DNA of 64,000 bases from Phoronis australis. Its lineage: Eukaryota; Animalia; Phoronida. The notes under the pieces were generated by a model. That model did no database searches and was not told where the DNA came from. It worked only from the letters and a program-made list of their open reading frames with translations. Location of the stretch: assembly GCA_002633005.1 (NCBI GenBank), contig NMRA01000072.1, forward strand, positions 671,957 to 735,956. Direction: 5' to 3'. The position numbers and the translations under genes are program-made. This document shows positions 11,494 through 22,298 of the stretch, one piece after another (position 1 is the first letter of the stretch; the number at the start of each line of letters is the position of its first letter).

Positions 11494-13244
11494 GGTAGAT
11501 GTCGAGTCTGCTAAATAATTTGTGTTTCATGAAAAACGAGACTCAATATTTAAGTAGGGGCTTTTATTGTGAATTTTCAATTACGGGGTGTCTGAAAAAT
11601 ATACTCACACTTCAAAATGATTGTATCTGCATTGTTTATTGACTTAAAGTCCTCGTCTCAAAATGCCAAATGAATGTGGTTCCAGTATCCGAAAATACCT
11701 ACTAAATAATATCTTATTTTCGATACCCTTTCTTTACATTCTTTTCGCCTTTTGTGCCAAAAGCGATTTTTTAACAGTACAGACCCTTCTCTGTGAGCGT
11801 ATAATTACCGGCTATCATCGGTTATTTCCGTACCAACATTTCCAGCTCGTCACTTCAGGAACTTGTCCTGAAAGCCGCCATTTTTTCCTTGTAACTGAAT
11901 GTGCTATCGCTTGCTCAAAAAGTCTTCATTATTTTGTTTTATTAGTAATATCTCGTGATTTGTTTGCATAATTTTATGTAGCGTATTTATGATTTGTAGT
12001 TAGTGGTTGTTGAATTTTTTGCAATGTTACGTGTACTTACCGTAAACGTTCGGGTTAACGCCCATGTTCACTTAACCGCCCATCCCCTACTTGAGGTGGA
12101 TTTTCGATTTAACCGCCCACTGCTTGGTTAATCGCCCTCTGCAATTTTTTAACAGTTCCAGTTAAGCACCCACCTATCGGTTAAGCGCCCATCCCCGACG
12201 TCCCCCCACTTCGGTGCTATGCGTATCTACAATCGTGGTTCGGTTTGCGCAAATGCTTACAGCCGGACAAAAAGTTGGGCCCCCCCTTGTGATATCCTAG
12301 ATCTGCCACTGGTTAAAAAAGTTCGCTTCCCTGTCAGGTACATTTCTCATCATAACTTAGTCATCTATAATTCCTCAATCCACAAATGGAATTCCAGACT
12401 TTGTTTGTCGATTTCTAAGTAGACGTCTCGTCCCGTTCACTGCCACTGGTGAACTCTGAATGCCTGCACAAGTATTGTTTTTTAACTCGCGTGCCAAATG
12501 TCAACTCACTTGATACATCCCGGTAAAATACAAAGATACAGTTTGACATCAGCGTAGGCCTACACAGCAATGGGTTTTATGTCAAGACTAAATTAGCAAC
12601 AGAGATGTGATGTGATAAGCTGTTACATATTTCTTAAGACATTTTCGGGACTGGGTGAGGAACTCAAGAAGTAAAGCTTAATAATTGCCAAATGTATCAA
12701 AGAAATGGCATAAGAATATTTGTTGAAACTAAAAAATGAATAACAGTTACAGAACACTCAGAATTCCACGTCATAGACATGTAGTTGTAGCGACAGCAGA
12801 CGATAATGTAGGCCTATTTCTTGAGGTAGTCTATTCCAATAGGGAGCGATGAATCAGCGCGGCTTTGCGTGATTTTGCATTTCACATCATAAAGAGTTCC
12901 ATAGCAACTTGAATATGAGTGTCAGATTTGAGTACGTTTGGAGTCTACTCGAAATACGACATTAGATACGCTTTTTTGAGTACGACTCCAGTGAGCACGA
13001 TTTTGAGAATGAAATCTCGAGTATGAGTCTGAGTACGGAGATTGGAGACCGGGCCCAGGTCGTCTGCGTTCTACAAGTACAGCTCTAACAAGATTGCAGG
13101 ATGGCACGGGCTATTTAATTACTCAGCAATTTTGTAAATTTAACTGAAATGATTAATCTGAGGGTAACAGAACCTTTGTTGGGATTATCCGCTGTTATGA
13201 CACTTTTATAGTCATTTGGCGACGTGGCGATAAAGCTCGGAAAA

Positions 13245-14266
13245 GTGCTTGTCAGGAAAGTAAGCCGCTACAGCAAAAAGCAAATGTCCATCCCAGGAAA
13301 TGGCCCGGAATACCGTGGCACTGTATTCACATAGACTACGCTGGACCAATACAAGGTAAATACATTCTGGTAATAGTGGATGCTCACAGCAAATATGTGG
13401 GCGCTTATATTACCGATAGCACATCGACCGAGGCTACTGTTAAACGACTACGTCAGTGTTTTGCAACACACGGACTATCCGTTGTTATTGTGTCGGATAA
13501 CGCGTCTGGTTTCACCAGTGCGGATTTTACCACGTTTTGTAAAAACAATGGCATCAAACACATTTGCAGCGCTCCGTATCACCCAGCCAGTAATGACGCA
13601 GCCGAACGGGCTGTACAAACAATCAAGAAGGGCACCAAGAAACTGAGTGGCAATTTGAAGACACGACTGTACAACTATTTAGTCAGATATCGGATTACAC
13701 CACACTCGCCTACTGGACGTTCACAGGCTGAGTTACTAATGTCCAGGAAACCACGTTCGCGTTTGGATTTGCTTGTGCCCGATGTGCGTCAGAAAGTTCT
13801 CGATAAACAGTCAGCGACTGTCGACAAACGCACTAGCTCACGAGAATTTTTCATCGGAGACACTGTTTACGCAGTAAATTTTGGGGGGCTACCGCGATGG
13901 CAGCCTGGTGTACTTATCGCCCAACAAGGACCGGTGTCTTACACAATTAAACTACATGACTGTCGCGAATGGCGACGCCACGCGGACCATGTGTCACGTC
14001 GCATACCGGACGAAAAGGCGATCGTTAGCCCAAGGCAACCGGGAGAGGTGCCGATTCGGCAACCGAACTTGCCAAAGACGCATAGTCACGAGTTTGCTAC
14101 AACACCAAATGACGTTCGAATGCGGGAAGGTGGCTTGGACGTTATGCCTCCGACGGTTCGGGACACACCTATCGAGAGTTTAATGTTGCCGGGGACCGCC
14201 GGAAAGGACTATGTTGTTACCCGCTCTGGACGACGTTCGATTCAGCCGCAAATGCTTACGTTGTGA
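13245..14266 (+). mobile_element. Ty3/Gypsy (Mag-like) integrase coding remnant
   Basis: Reads HPRKWPGIPWHCIHIDYAGPIQGKYILVIVDAHSK..IVSDNASGF..SAPYHPASNDAAERAVQT..YRITPHSPTG..W..G..GPVSY..RRHAD. This is the rve DDE core plus C-terminal module. Confidence 0.92.
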
Positions 14267-14380
14267 ACTATTGTATTGAACTTTTGCATCAATGGACATT
14301 TCCCTACTATTACATAGTTAGTTGGATATCAGTCAGTGTTATTTTCGTGTACTTCCAGTAGCCTTATTATGTTCGATCAC

Positions 14381-14556
14381 AGGGTGGAGGGATGTTATGT
14401 TATGTTATGTTTTCAGTAGAGCAGTGACAACGCCACCTGGCAACTATCTGACATTTTATATAGTGTTAGCCTGTACACGTGTGTTGCAGTAGTTTGGTGT
14501 TAGCGATGCAATAAACATATGTTCTACGAATGATCTCTTGTATTACATACACAACA
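14381..14556 (+). repeat. Polypurine tract and short 3' LTR of the Gypsy element
   Basis: PPT AGGGTGGAGGGA (14381-14392) directly precedes TGTT..AACA (14393-14556), which contains AATAAA. Confidence 0.75.
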
Positions 14557-14799
14557 GCGTTCCAACTTCAAGTGGGGACTGGGATCATGAGATAAGATTG
14601 TTCGGTTAACCGCCCACCTGCGATTTCTTGAAATTTCACGTTTAAGCGCCCAATTGTCTGGTTAACCGCCCACCCCCGATTTTTTTTGTTCGCCAGTTTA
14701 ACCGCCCAGGGCGTTAACCCGAACGTTTGCGGTATTATGTTACGGTCATAACATAGCATTGGTGTTTAGCTCCTTACGTAGGGCGGTCGAACCTGGGAA

Positions 14800-15390
14800 C
14801 CAATATGAGTCGAACCATTTTTTTCGTTTTGTTTTTTTTTTTGTTTTAAAAAAGCACTTTGCTATCATCGGAAAGGTAGTGCATTCTACTCAGTGAAAAT
14901 CAAAAAAGTATCAAAATCGGGGCAAGCAGTGTAAAGTTATTGCAATTTTTGTGGCGAAATTTGGGTCACTTTGTTAGGATCGCATCGGCCATACTAGAGG
15001 AAAGCGGAATAAGTTACGAGTTTAAAACTTTGTGTAAATTGTTTTCGCCAACAATTTACGGTGAAATTTAGTGAGACATATCTTTACTTACTATTCTGCA
15101 CGATTCAACAGTTTTCACCAAATTTCAGCCTCGGAGTTGTTACTTATTAAGTGATAAATGTGGCTGCTCACAATTCCTGTTGGACTCATTTCTGGCAGCA
15201 CCTACAACATGGCGACTTTTGCTGAACTGGAAGGCATGTTCAACCTGTTACTTTATAATTTGTGAAGATTTACCGTTGATTCATTTTGACAAGCGTTGCT
15301 ACAAAAAAGGAACTTTGTTCAGTTTTCGTGTTTTTTGGTGCAAAAATATAAGATATATTCGAATTATTTTACTATGAATTTCCCATTCAG
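14800..15390. repeat. Dispersed repeat (probable DNA-transposon end), second copy at about 27010-28310
   Basis: Collinear similarity to 27010-27145 plus 27930-28310 (for example gaaatt(t)agtgagacatatctttac..tattctg). Confidence 0.6.
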
Positions 15391-15689
15391 GTGGTCTTAC
15401 ACTAAGGCTAAAAAAATAGTTGAAATAATTTTGACAGGGTTTTTTGTTTGACTGTCAACTCCGGTTCAAGGCTTGATTAGGTATCACAAAATGATTAATA
15501 TTTTTCTAAATTTTAAGTCTAAATTGCTTTCACGTCATGTTTTGTAACTTATTGCTTTCTTAATTCAAGTTATCAAGTCAACAACATGAAGAATCTTAAT
15601 TTGAGAAATAAGCTATGTTGTATTGTGAAGCTTCAAGCCTCCAATTCTTGTTCCTTGCAAATTCATATTTTTTTTAAATCATGCTTTTC

Positions 15690-16790
15690 AAATTCTGGTG
15701 TAAGGAAACACCATTCGGTCACCATGGTAATAGTTACATGGGTTGTCTTCAATTTTATTCTTATTGTTATTCTTCTTACTGTTGTTCCTGGGTTTTCTTC
15801 AATTTTATTCTTCTTATTCTTCTTCTGACCAACTTTGAGGCTTAATAACTCCAAATTGGGTGCAGGTACGGTCTTTAAATTCAGCATGTGACTTTTGACT
15901 GTATATCAATTTTGATTGGTTATATAATCATATTCCATATTGCACTGGAAGAGGTCGTTTGGTGCAAAGGTCATATAATTTTCAAAATGCTACTCCTCCT
16001 TCAGTTTTAAAGTTATCTTTTTCAAATTCGATGCACAGGTATAAGTCAACATGAAAATTTAAAAAATTACTTTTCTAAGTAATCGGGTCATCCAATCAGG
16101 TGAAATAGGTCAAAGGTCATTAGGTGCAAACTAAAATTTTTAGCTAGACATTTCAAATTAACAGGTCTGATCGGCACAGGAAATTCAATTCAGAATCCAA
16201 ATTTTCAGGTCATTTAGTGCAAATATGGGGTCATTAGGTGCATTTTTCTTCTGAAAATTTGACCTTTTCATTCAGCAAGTATTCTGATGTGTCAACCATC
16301 AGACAACTGTGATTCTCAGCATTAAACATTTTTCATGGGCTTTGCATTAATTCTCCTAAAGACGCTTATAATGCACCGGATAGGGTCAATTAGTGCAAAG
16401 GTCATGTAACGTTCAAAGTTTTATATCTCTTACGTGCGTGTGCTTGGGTAAGTCAACATGCCAATTGAATACCCTACTTTACTTCGCAATAGGCCTAACC
16501 AATTATAAAAAATAAGTCAAAGGTCATTGAGTGCAAACCAAAATTTTGAGCTAGAGACTTTAGAATTACATGTCTGTTTACTAAGTGCGATTGAGTTTGA
16601 ATTCTAAATTTTCAGGTCATTTGGTGCACCCATGGGCTCATTAGGTGCACTTTTCTTCTCTAAAGTTTGACCAATTCATTCATCTTGTATTCTGAAGTGC
16701 TTAAAGTAAAACATCTGTGATTTTTAGCATTAACCGCACTTTTAATCGAGTTAACAATTACTCCCTCATCGGGACTCATAATGCTGCTTG
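15690..16790. repeat. Second tandem-repeat-bearing element (~410-bp period)
   Basis: (TTC/TTA) microsatellite at 15750-15826. Units 16110-16340 and 16520-16740 align. Recurrent GGTCATT(A/T)GGTGCA motif. Confidence 0.55.
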
Positions 16791-17446
16791 TACGGATTGT
16801 TGCAAATTTTTTATTGTTTCCATAGCATAATGATGGCGGAAATGAAAATGCTGCAAATTTGAATTTTAATGTTTGCACTAATCCAGAAAATCAGAGGTCG
16901 AAAAACCAAGTTTTTTAAAACATTTGCAGCGAAAGACTAGCAAAGATGCCCACTCTTTCAAAATTGCCATGAAGGTTATTAACTATTCCATGCAGCATTA
17001 TTTAACTGGTCTTGACTAATTATCATTTTATGGCCTGGTCATCCATTCAGCCAAAAGTAGTTCCAGAAGTGGCTTATCAGCCAATTATTCACGCATGCTG
17101 ACTCACAATAGAAGCCTGATAAGAGTGAAGGTGGATAAATTCTAGTTTCTTGTGGTAGTGGATGTGTTCATGACATGCCATTCTCCCCACCTCCTCTCCC
17201 CTCCTGTTCTTTCCCATCTTTCCATTCTTTCCCTCCCTCGTCCATCCTTCACTCACCTCTTTTTTACCCTCTCCCTTTCTCTCCTTTTGCTGCCCCCTCC
17301 CCACCCATCCCTCCCCACCTTCATAATCCTCACCTTTCCTCAGACACCCTGCATTATATTGTTTTTGTACCACAGTCACAATTACCGTGTCTTATTATGT
17401 TCAGTTTTCAAAATGCATTGCCTCAATATCTTTATTGAATATTTAG

Positions 17447-17533
17447 GTGCCTGGGCATGGACGAGAGCTTATTTTTGCGATTGGATGACACCGGAGCCAC
17501 CTATGAATTAGACCTACAGTACAGAATGAACAG
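17447..17533 (+). CDS. DNA2: DNA2 helicase/nuclease exon
   Basis: AG|..CLGMDESLFLRLDDTGATYELDLQYRMN(S)|GT. SLF and QYRM are Upf1-like SF1 helicase motifs. Phase 2 at both ends. Confidence 0.92.
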
Positions 17534-18470
17534 GTATAGACTGACGCAGTATGAACAAAAACCTGATGATGGCTGAGAAATTAATTATGGGTACAGAAAT
17601 GATGCCCAGTGTTTGCAGTCATGTGACTGTTTTAAATGATCATAGTCACGTTTTCCAAGGAGATACATATAACCTCTGCAAGCCTGAATTTCTTCTCTGT
17701 AAACATGGAAATTACTCTTTCTAGAGATGCAGAAATTGTGTCTGACTTTTTGTTAAGGACTTGGATATTGAAGTAAAGACTTTTCATGGAATTTTGCAGT
17801 CCTCATTTTTACAGCCATGTTCTTAGACTTAAAGACGTCTTGGCAGAAAGTCAAACACAAACACTTTTGTTGCTCATTAAATATGGAAAAGAAATTAGGT
17901 GGCTTTATAATATTCCAAAACATTGCACGCCTGAAAGTTATGTGTTCTCCCTGAAAAATTGTAATTTTCAGGAAAATATGTATCTGATATGACAGAATTG
18001 TCTGGGCATTATTATCTTGTGTCTGATATTCATCTAAGCAAGTTTTTAAATTGTAACTAATGTGGTTTCATGGTTGGGCTAAATTTAGTATTAAAATAAT
18101 TGGAGAATTTTGGTGTTGGTAACAAAGGCAGGCAGTTGACGTAGTCGCACGTCACCTGTGATCATTTTTGGCTCACTCACTGCATAATTATATACATATT
18201 GTACTATTTAAGTATATGTCAGTGGTCTTGGGGCACCCCTCTACTCAAATTATTGGAACTGCTTCTGCTCTGGTTTAATGTCTTTTTTTGTCACTTAAAA
18301 CTAAATATGGTAAAATATGAATATGATCTAGCTGAAATTTGCCAAACTATAAGACACACACCTGCAACTATGCTGTCAACATATTCTGAATGCTTTGAGA
18401 TTGTCCACGAGTTGTATACATTTAATGGTACATGACTTTGCACATTTGATGGTACTTGTGATGCTTCCAG

Positions 18471-18645
18471 TGACATCATGCGAATTTGTAATGAGATCAC
18501 ATACAACAGCGCCCTCAGGTGTGGCTCAGAAGAAATAGCATCTGCCACGCTGGCCATTCCACCTTGTGGTGATCACCCCTCCTGGGTTCAGCAGTCTCTC
18601 AGTCCCTGTCTGCAGCACTCCGTTGTGTTCTTAGACACTCAGAAG
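18471..18645 (+). CDS. DNA2: DNA2 exon
   Basis: DIMRICNEITYNSALRCGSEEIA..W..VVFLDTQK|GT matches the DNA2 IM.LSN.L.Y...L.CGS motif. Phases are compatible with neighbouring exons. Confidence 0.92.
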
Positions 18646-20864
18646 GTAACATTGCTTCTGTATTAATAGATACTGGGTACTAAAGGTTCTCTCATGGGAA
18701 ATCTAGCAACACCCATTGGCAAAGTTTAGCTTCCTTCAATGGGAAAACAGGTCAAACCGTTGTTCTTCACGGATTTCACGAACTAAATTTGTCAAAATTA
18801 AGTGTTTTTTCTGTTTTCAAAGATGATTAAATTGGAAAGTTAAGCGAGTATTGTTCCATGACAACTGCACTCTACAAAGCAAACAAATAAGTCTAAAATT
18901 TCCCAAATTTATGTTTGATGTAAAATTTGACAAAGAAATTCACTTGTCTGCCATATTGTGTGCTAAGTAGGTGAAAATTGCCAATACTTTAGGCAACAAG
19001 CACAGTGTTAGTCTATGTACTTTTTATGGGAAAAACATGGGAGTGACAAGTGTGAGGCATTTTATTTTTGATAAGCAGGAACTGTTCGCAATAGCTTGTT
19101 CTTGGAGTGAACTAATAGTTTGTTCTCAGAAAGTTTCAGGGGGTCAAGATTTTTTAAAGTGTGCAAAGTTGATAGCGTTTTTACAACACTAACGTAATTT
19201 TTTGTGACTTGTGCAAAGTTTAAAGTTGACACGCATCTCTTGGGCAGTCAAATTGGATGAAGCTCTTGTAGATGTTCACCTGCTGCAACAACCAGAAAAA
19301 CCTACTGATATCCTTGTTTCTACGTCAACACACAATTCCATAACAATCCGAGAATTGACTATGAAAATTGGTAATATTTGTTTCTGATACAATCCGAAAG
19401 TAACTCTCCATACTAATGACTCGATCCCTTCCATCATTATTACCGAGAATGTTCTTACATAAATAACAACTCCATCCCATCCATCATTCCTACATAAATA
19501 ACAACTTGGCCCCTTCCATCGCTATTAGAGAGAATGCTCCTGCATAAATGAAGTTTGCTGGAATAGTTCCATTCTTGCCAAGAACTGAGTTTAAAAATTC
19601 CCTCATTAGAAGTCGTATTATTCGTATTTTGGAATAGATCGATCATAAATGACTTTGAAATTATTGTGTGTATTATAAGGCATTCATTATGTATTATGAC
19701 ATAAACCAAGAACAGAATGTCTTACTCTTGTGTTTTTACTTTCTTCTTTTTATTGGTTTAAAAGGATACTAAACCCTGTTTTGATGATTTCAACCAATCT
19801 TTGTTCTGTCACTTGCAAACGCATCATTGGTGTCAATATTCCAAGTTAAAGGCCAGGAATAAACTGAAGGTCATACACCCTATATCACGGATTGGTCCTT
19901 GGTGGGTGGTCTTTTCCCACAGTTGTCGTGTCACTAAAAGTGTAAGTCACAGACTTTGAAAAGAGTTTTCAAATTTTCTTCTTATCTTTTGAGGGTTTTC
20001 GGGGGTTACAGAACATTATTTTGTTTCAGAGAATAAGATGAGAAAGTTGTTTTTAGTATCTTTTCATAGTTTAAAGCCTGGGTTTAGTATCCTTTCAAGC
20101 TTAGTTAGGCTCTAAGCTTTTTGTGCTACTTGCAAACTATTCACTGTTTGCATGTCTGTTGGATGCAAACAATTAAAAGGGGACTAATAATCGAAGCTAC
20201 GTTATTCATATTAGTGACCAAGAACAATTTAGTGACACTATGTTGTTTTTCTGTTGATTTGTGGTAATGATTGTGTCAAGGGAAATCTTGGGGCCAGTTT
20301 GTTCTAGTTATTCAGCTTTCACGATTTTCTTGTTTATGTCTTTAGTTGAGCACAACAAACTGATTATACACAATGCATCGTGTCAGATTTTTAACTCTAC
20401 AAGCTTAGAAAATTGTTTTCACCCTAACTAAGCCAGGTTTATTTCCACATAATTTTATAATTATTATCGCTAATATTCACACACACTTGTATCTTTTACA
20501 ACCGATGGCAGATTCCTGGTTTAAGTTGCCGCTGGTCAGTGGCATTAAAGTTGTTCCATATAGTCGTTGGGTTACATTTTTTGCAACTGTGCTGACCTTT
20601 CATATCGGGTTATAACCTTTGCTAGTGCTTGCTAAACCACCCTTAGAGTGTTACCACTGTAGTACTGTTATAACTTTACAACCGATTTAAAACTGTTCTC
20701 ACCATGAATTACATGTTTTAAAGTAGGTAACTGCTCTGGTGTGAACAGGGCATTAAAAAGGAAATGACACTTTAATGGCTACACTGTAATTCACTAGATC
20801 ATAGTCAACAATGCTGAGACACTATTAGACTTCTTGTATTTGCTATGCTCTTGTGTTCCACCAG

Positions 20865-20957
20865 GTGCCAGCTATAGAGTCAACCGACCCTCAACACCCA
20901 GTGCACAACGAGATTGAAGCATCTATTGTCACCCATCTGGTACAGCATTTCACTCAA
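20865..20957 (+). CDS. DNA2: DNA2 exon
   Basis: ccag|VPAIESTDPQHPVHNEIEASIVTHLVQHFTQ|gtatgt contains the N..EA motif. Phase 0 at both ends. Confidence 0.88.
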
Positions 20958-22118
20958 GTATGTGTGATGACAAGTCAAAAAATTGGATAGCACCACTATA
21001 CTGTGAGAGAGTTTGTAATGCGGGTCCTCTCATAAAAAAATATGAGCGCTGCCCCAGAAATCACTTTCGCATTATATCCAGGTTCTCATTCCTTGCATAC
21101 ACTCAATGGTAAGACTGAGCTCNTTTTGCGAGACTATTTTTATGTAAATGAGTATGGTAATATGTCATCATTACCTTAATAAAACAAGGCACTGTTTTTA
21201 TTATGTGTTCATTTCACTTTTAAATAAGGATTGCATAATACTTGGAGTTCCTATGGTTTTCTATATGTCTACACTTGTTTTTAAGTGTATCAGATGTGGT
21301 GTTTTCTTTAACGCCACATTCTATTTACAAATAATTTGTTTCCTTTCCTGATTATACTTGTACACACAGTTCTCCAGTAGTCACAAGGTGGCGCTTGCTA
21401 CAAATATAAATATCCACAGTTTTAATGAGACATAGCATCTTTAACTCTGTTTTATTTTGGAATCTTTTTGAGTGACTCATGTTGTAAGCAATAAATGAAG
21501 TTTGAGGTGTGCGAGCAGTCAGCAGGCCTCCCAATAATTTGTTTTGAGGAATGTTGGGAGGTCTGCGATCAGTGAACCGTAAAATCAACAAAGCAATCTT
21601 GCCTCTAAAATGGCTTCCGTCCCCAAACACTTACCAAAACAAAAAGGTTTTTGTAAGGTGCCGCTACACATGGCTTGAAAATGTTTTCTTGTCTGATGTA
21701 ATTTATGTTTCATTCTTCATTCTTAACCAGTGTGTTTGTGGTTCAAGTTGCCCCACATCTTTGTGACGTGGAGCCATCTAGTGTCAATCATGTGGCAGAA
21801 TTTTGTTTTGGTTTTTGAACTTGTTGAACAATTCTGAAAATTCATGGACATTAATTTTATAATTATGAAACAAGTATATCAGTCAATGGATAGGATTATA
21901 GTAACAGGTCACTGTTTAAAGTTCATGACCCATTGATCACATAGGAAGTCTGCAGTGCAAGGCTATCCATAAGATATTTGCTTTCTGATGAAAGGTTTTT
22001 AGTCACATACATGATGTAGAATTGGGAGGCGACAGAAACTTGATTGTTATGTAATAAGCCTCATGTCAGAAAGAGTTTCATCTCTACTTTAATTGGTGCC
22101 ATTACTCATTGGTTCTAG

Positions 22119-22298
22119 TCGAGCGAAATCCTTCAAGACTGGCGCCGTCTGAACGTTGCTGTGACACGAGCCAAGCACAAATTGATACTTGTTGGTAACA
22201 CATTGGCTTTGAGTCGGTACAGACCCCTGGAAAGACTCATTCAGGTCCTGAGAGATCACCAGATTCTTTCTATTCCGGAGACACTGTGGCAAATGTAA
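22119..22298 (+). CDS. DNA2: DNA2 terminal coding exon (helicase motif VI)
   Basis: SSEILQDWRRLNVAVTRAKHKLILVGN..YRPLERLIQVLRDHQILSIPETLWQM*. DWRRLNVA.TRAKHKL is diagnostic of DNA2. Confidence 0.93.
   Translation, partial: SSEILQDWRRLNVAVTRAKHKLILVGNTLALSRYRPLERLIQVLRDHQILSIPETLWQM

Larger units (their letters stand above)
12040..14732. mobile_element. pogo/Tc1-like MITE containing nested insertions (hAT-like end, Harbinger-like end, Gypsy remnant)
   Basis: TIRs CCGTAAACGTTCGGGTTAACGCCC / GGGCGTTAACCCGAACGTTTGCGG, TA flanks, repeated TTAACCGCCCA subterminal motifs at both ends. Confidence 0.8.

Noticed and set aside
17089-17511. Hydrophobic or Gly/Glu-rich ORFs over 17150-17350
   Set aside because: These come from a low-complexity CT-rich intronic tract. 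Only 17447-17533 is coding, in another frame.
21226-21250. KDCIILG as the missing DNA2 motif V exon
   Set aside because: It lacks the preceding TVDKxQGRD and the following SFVRSN, so it is likely chance.
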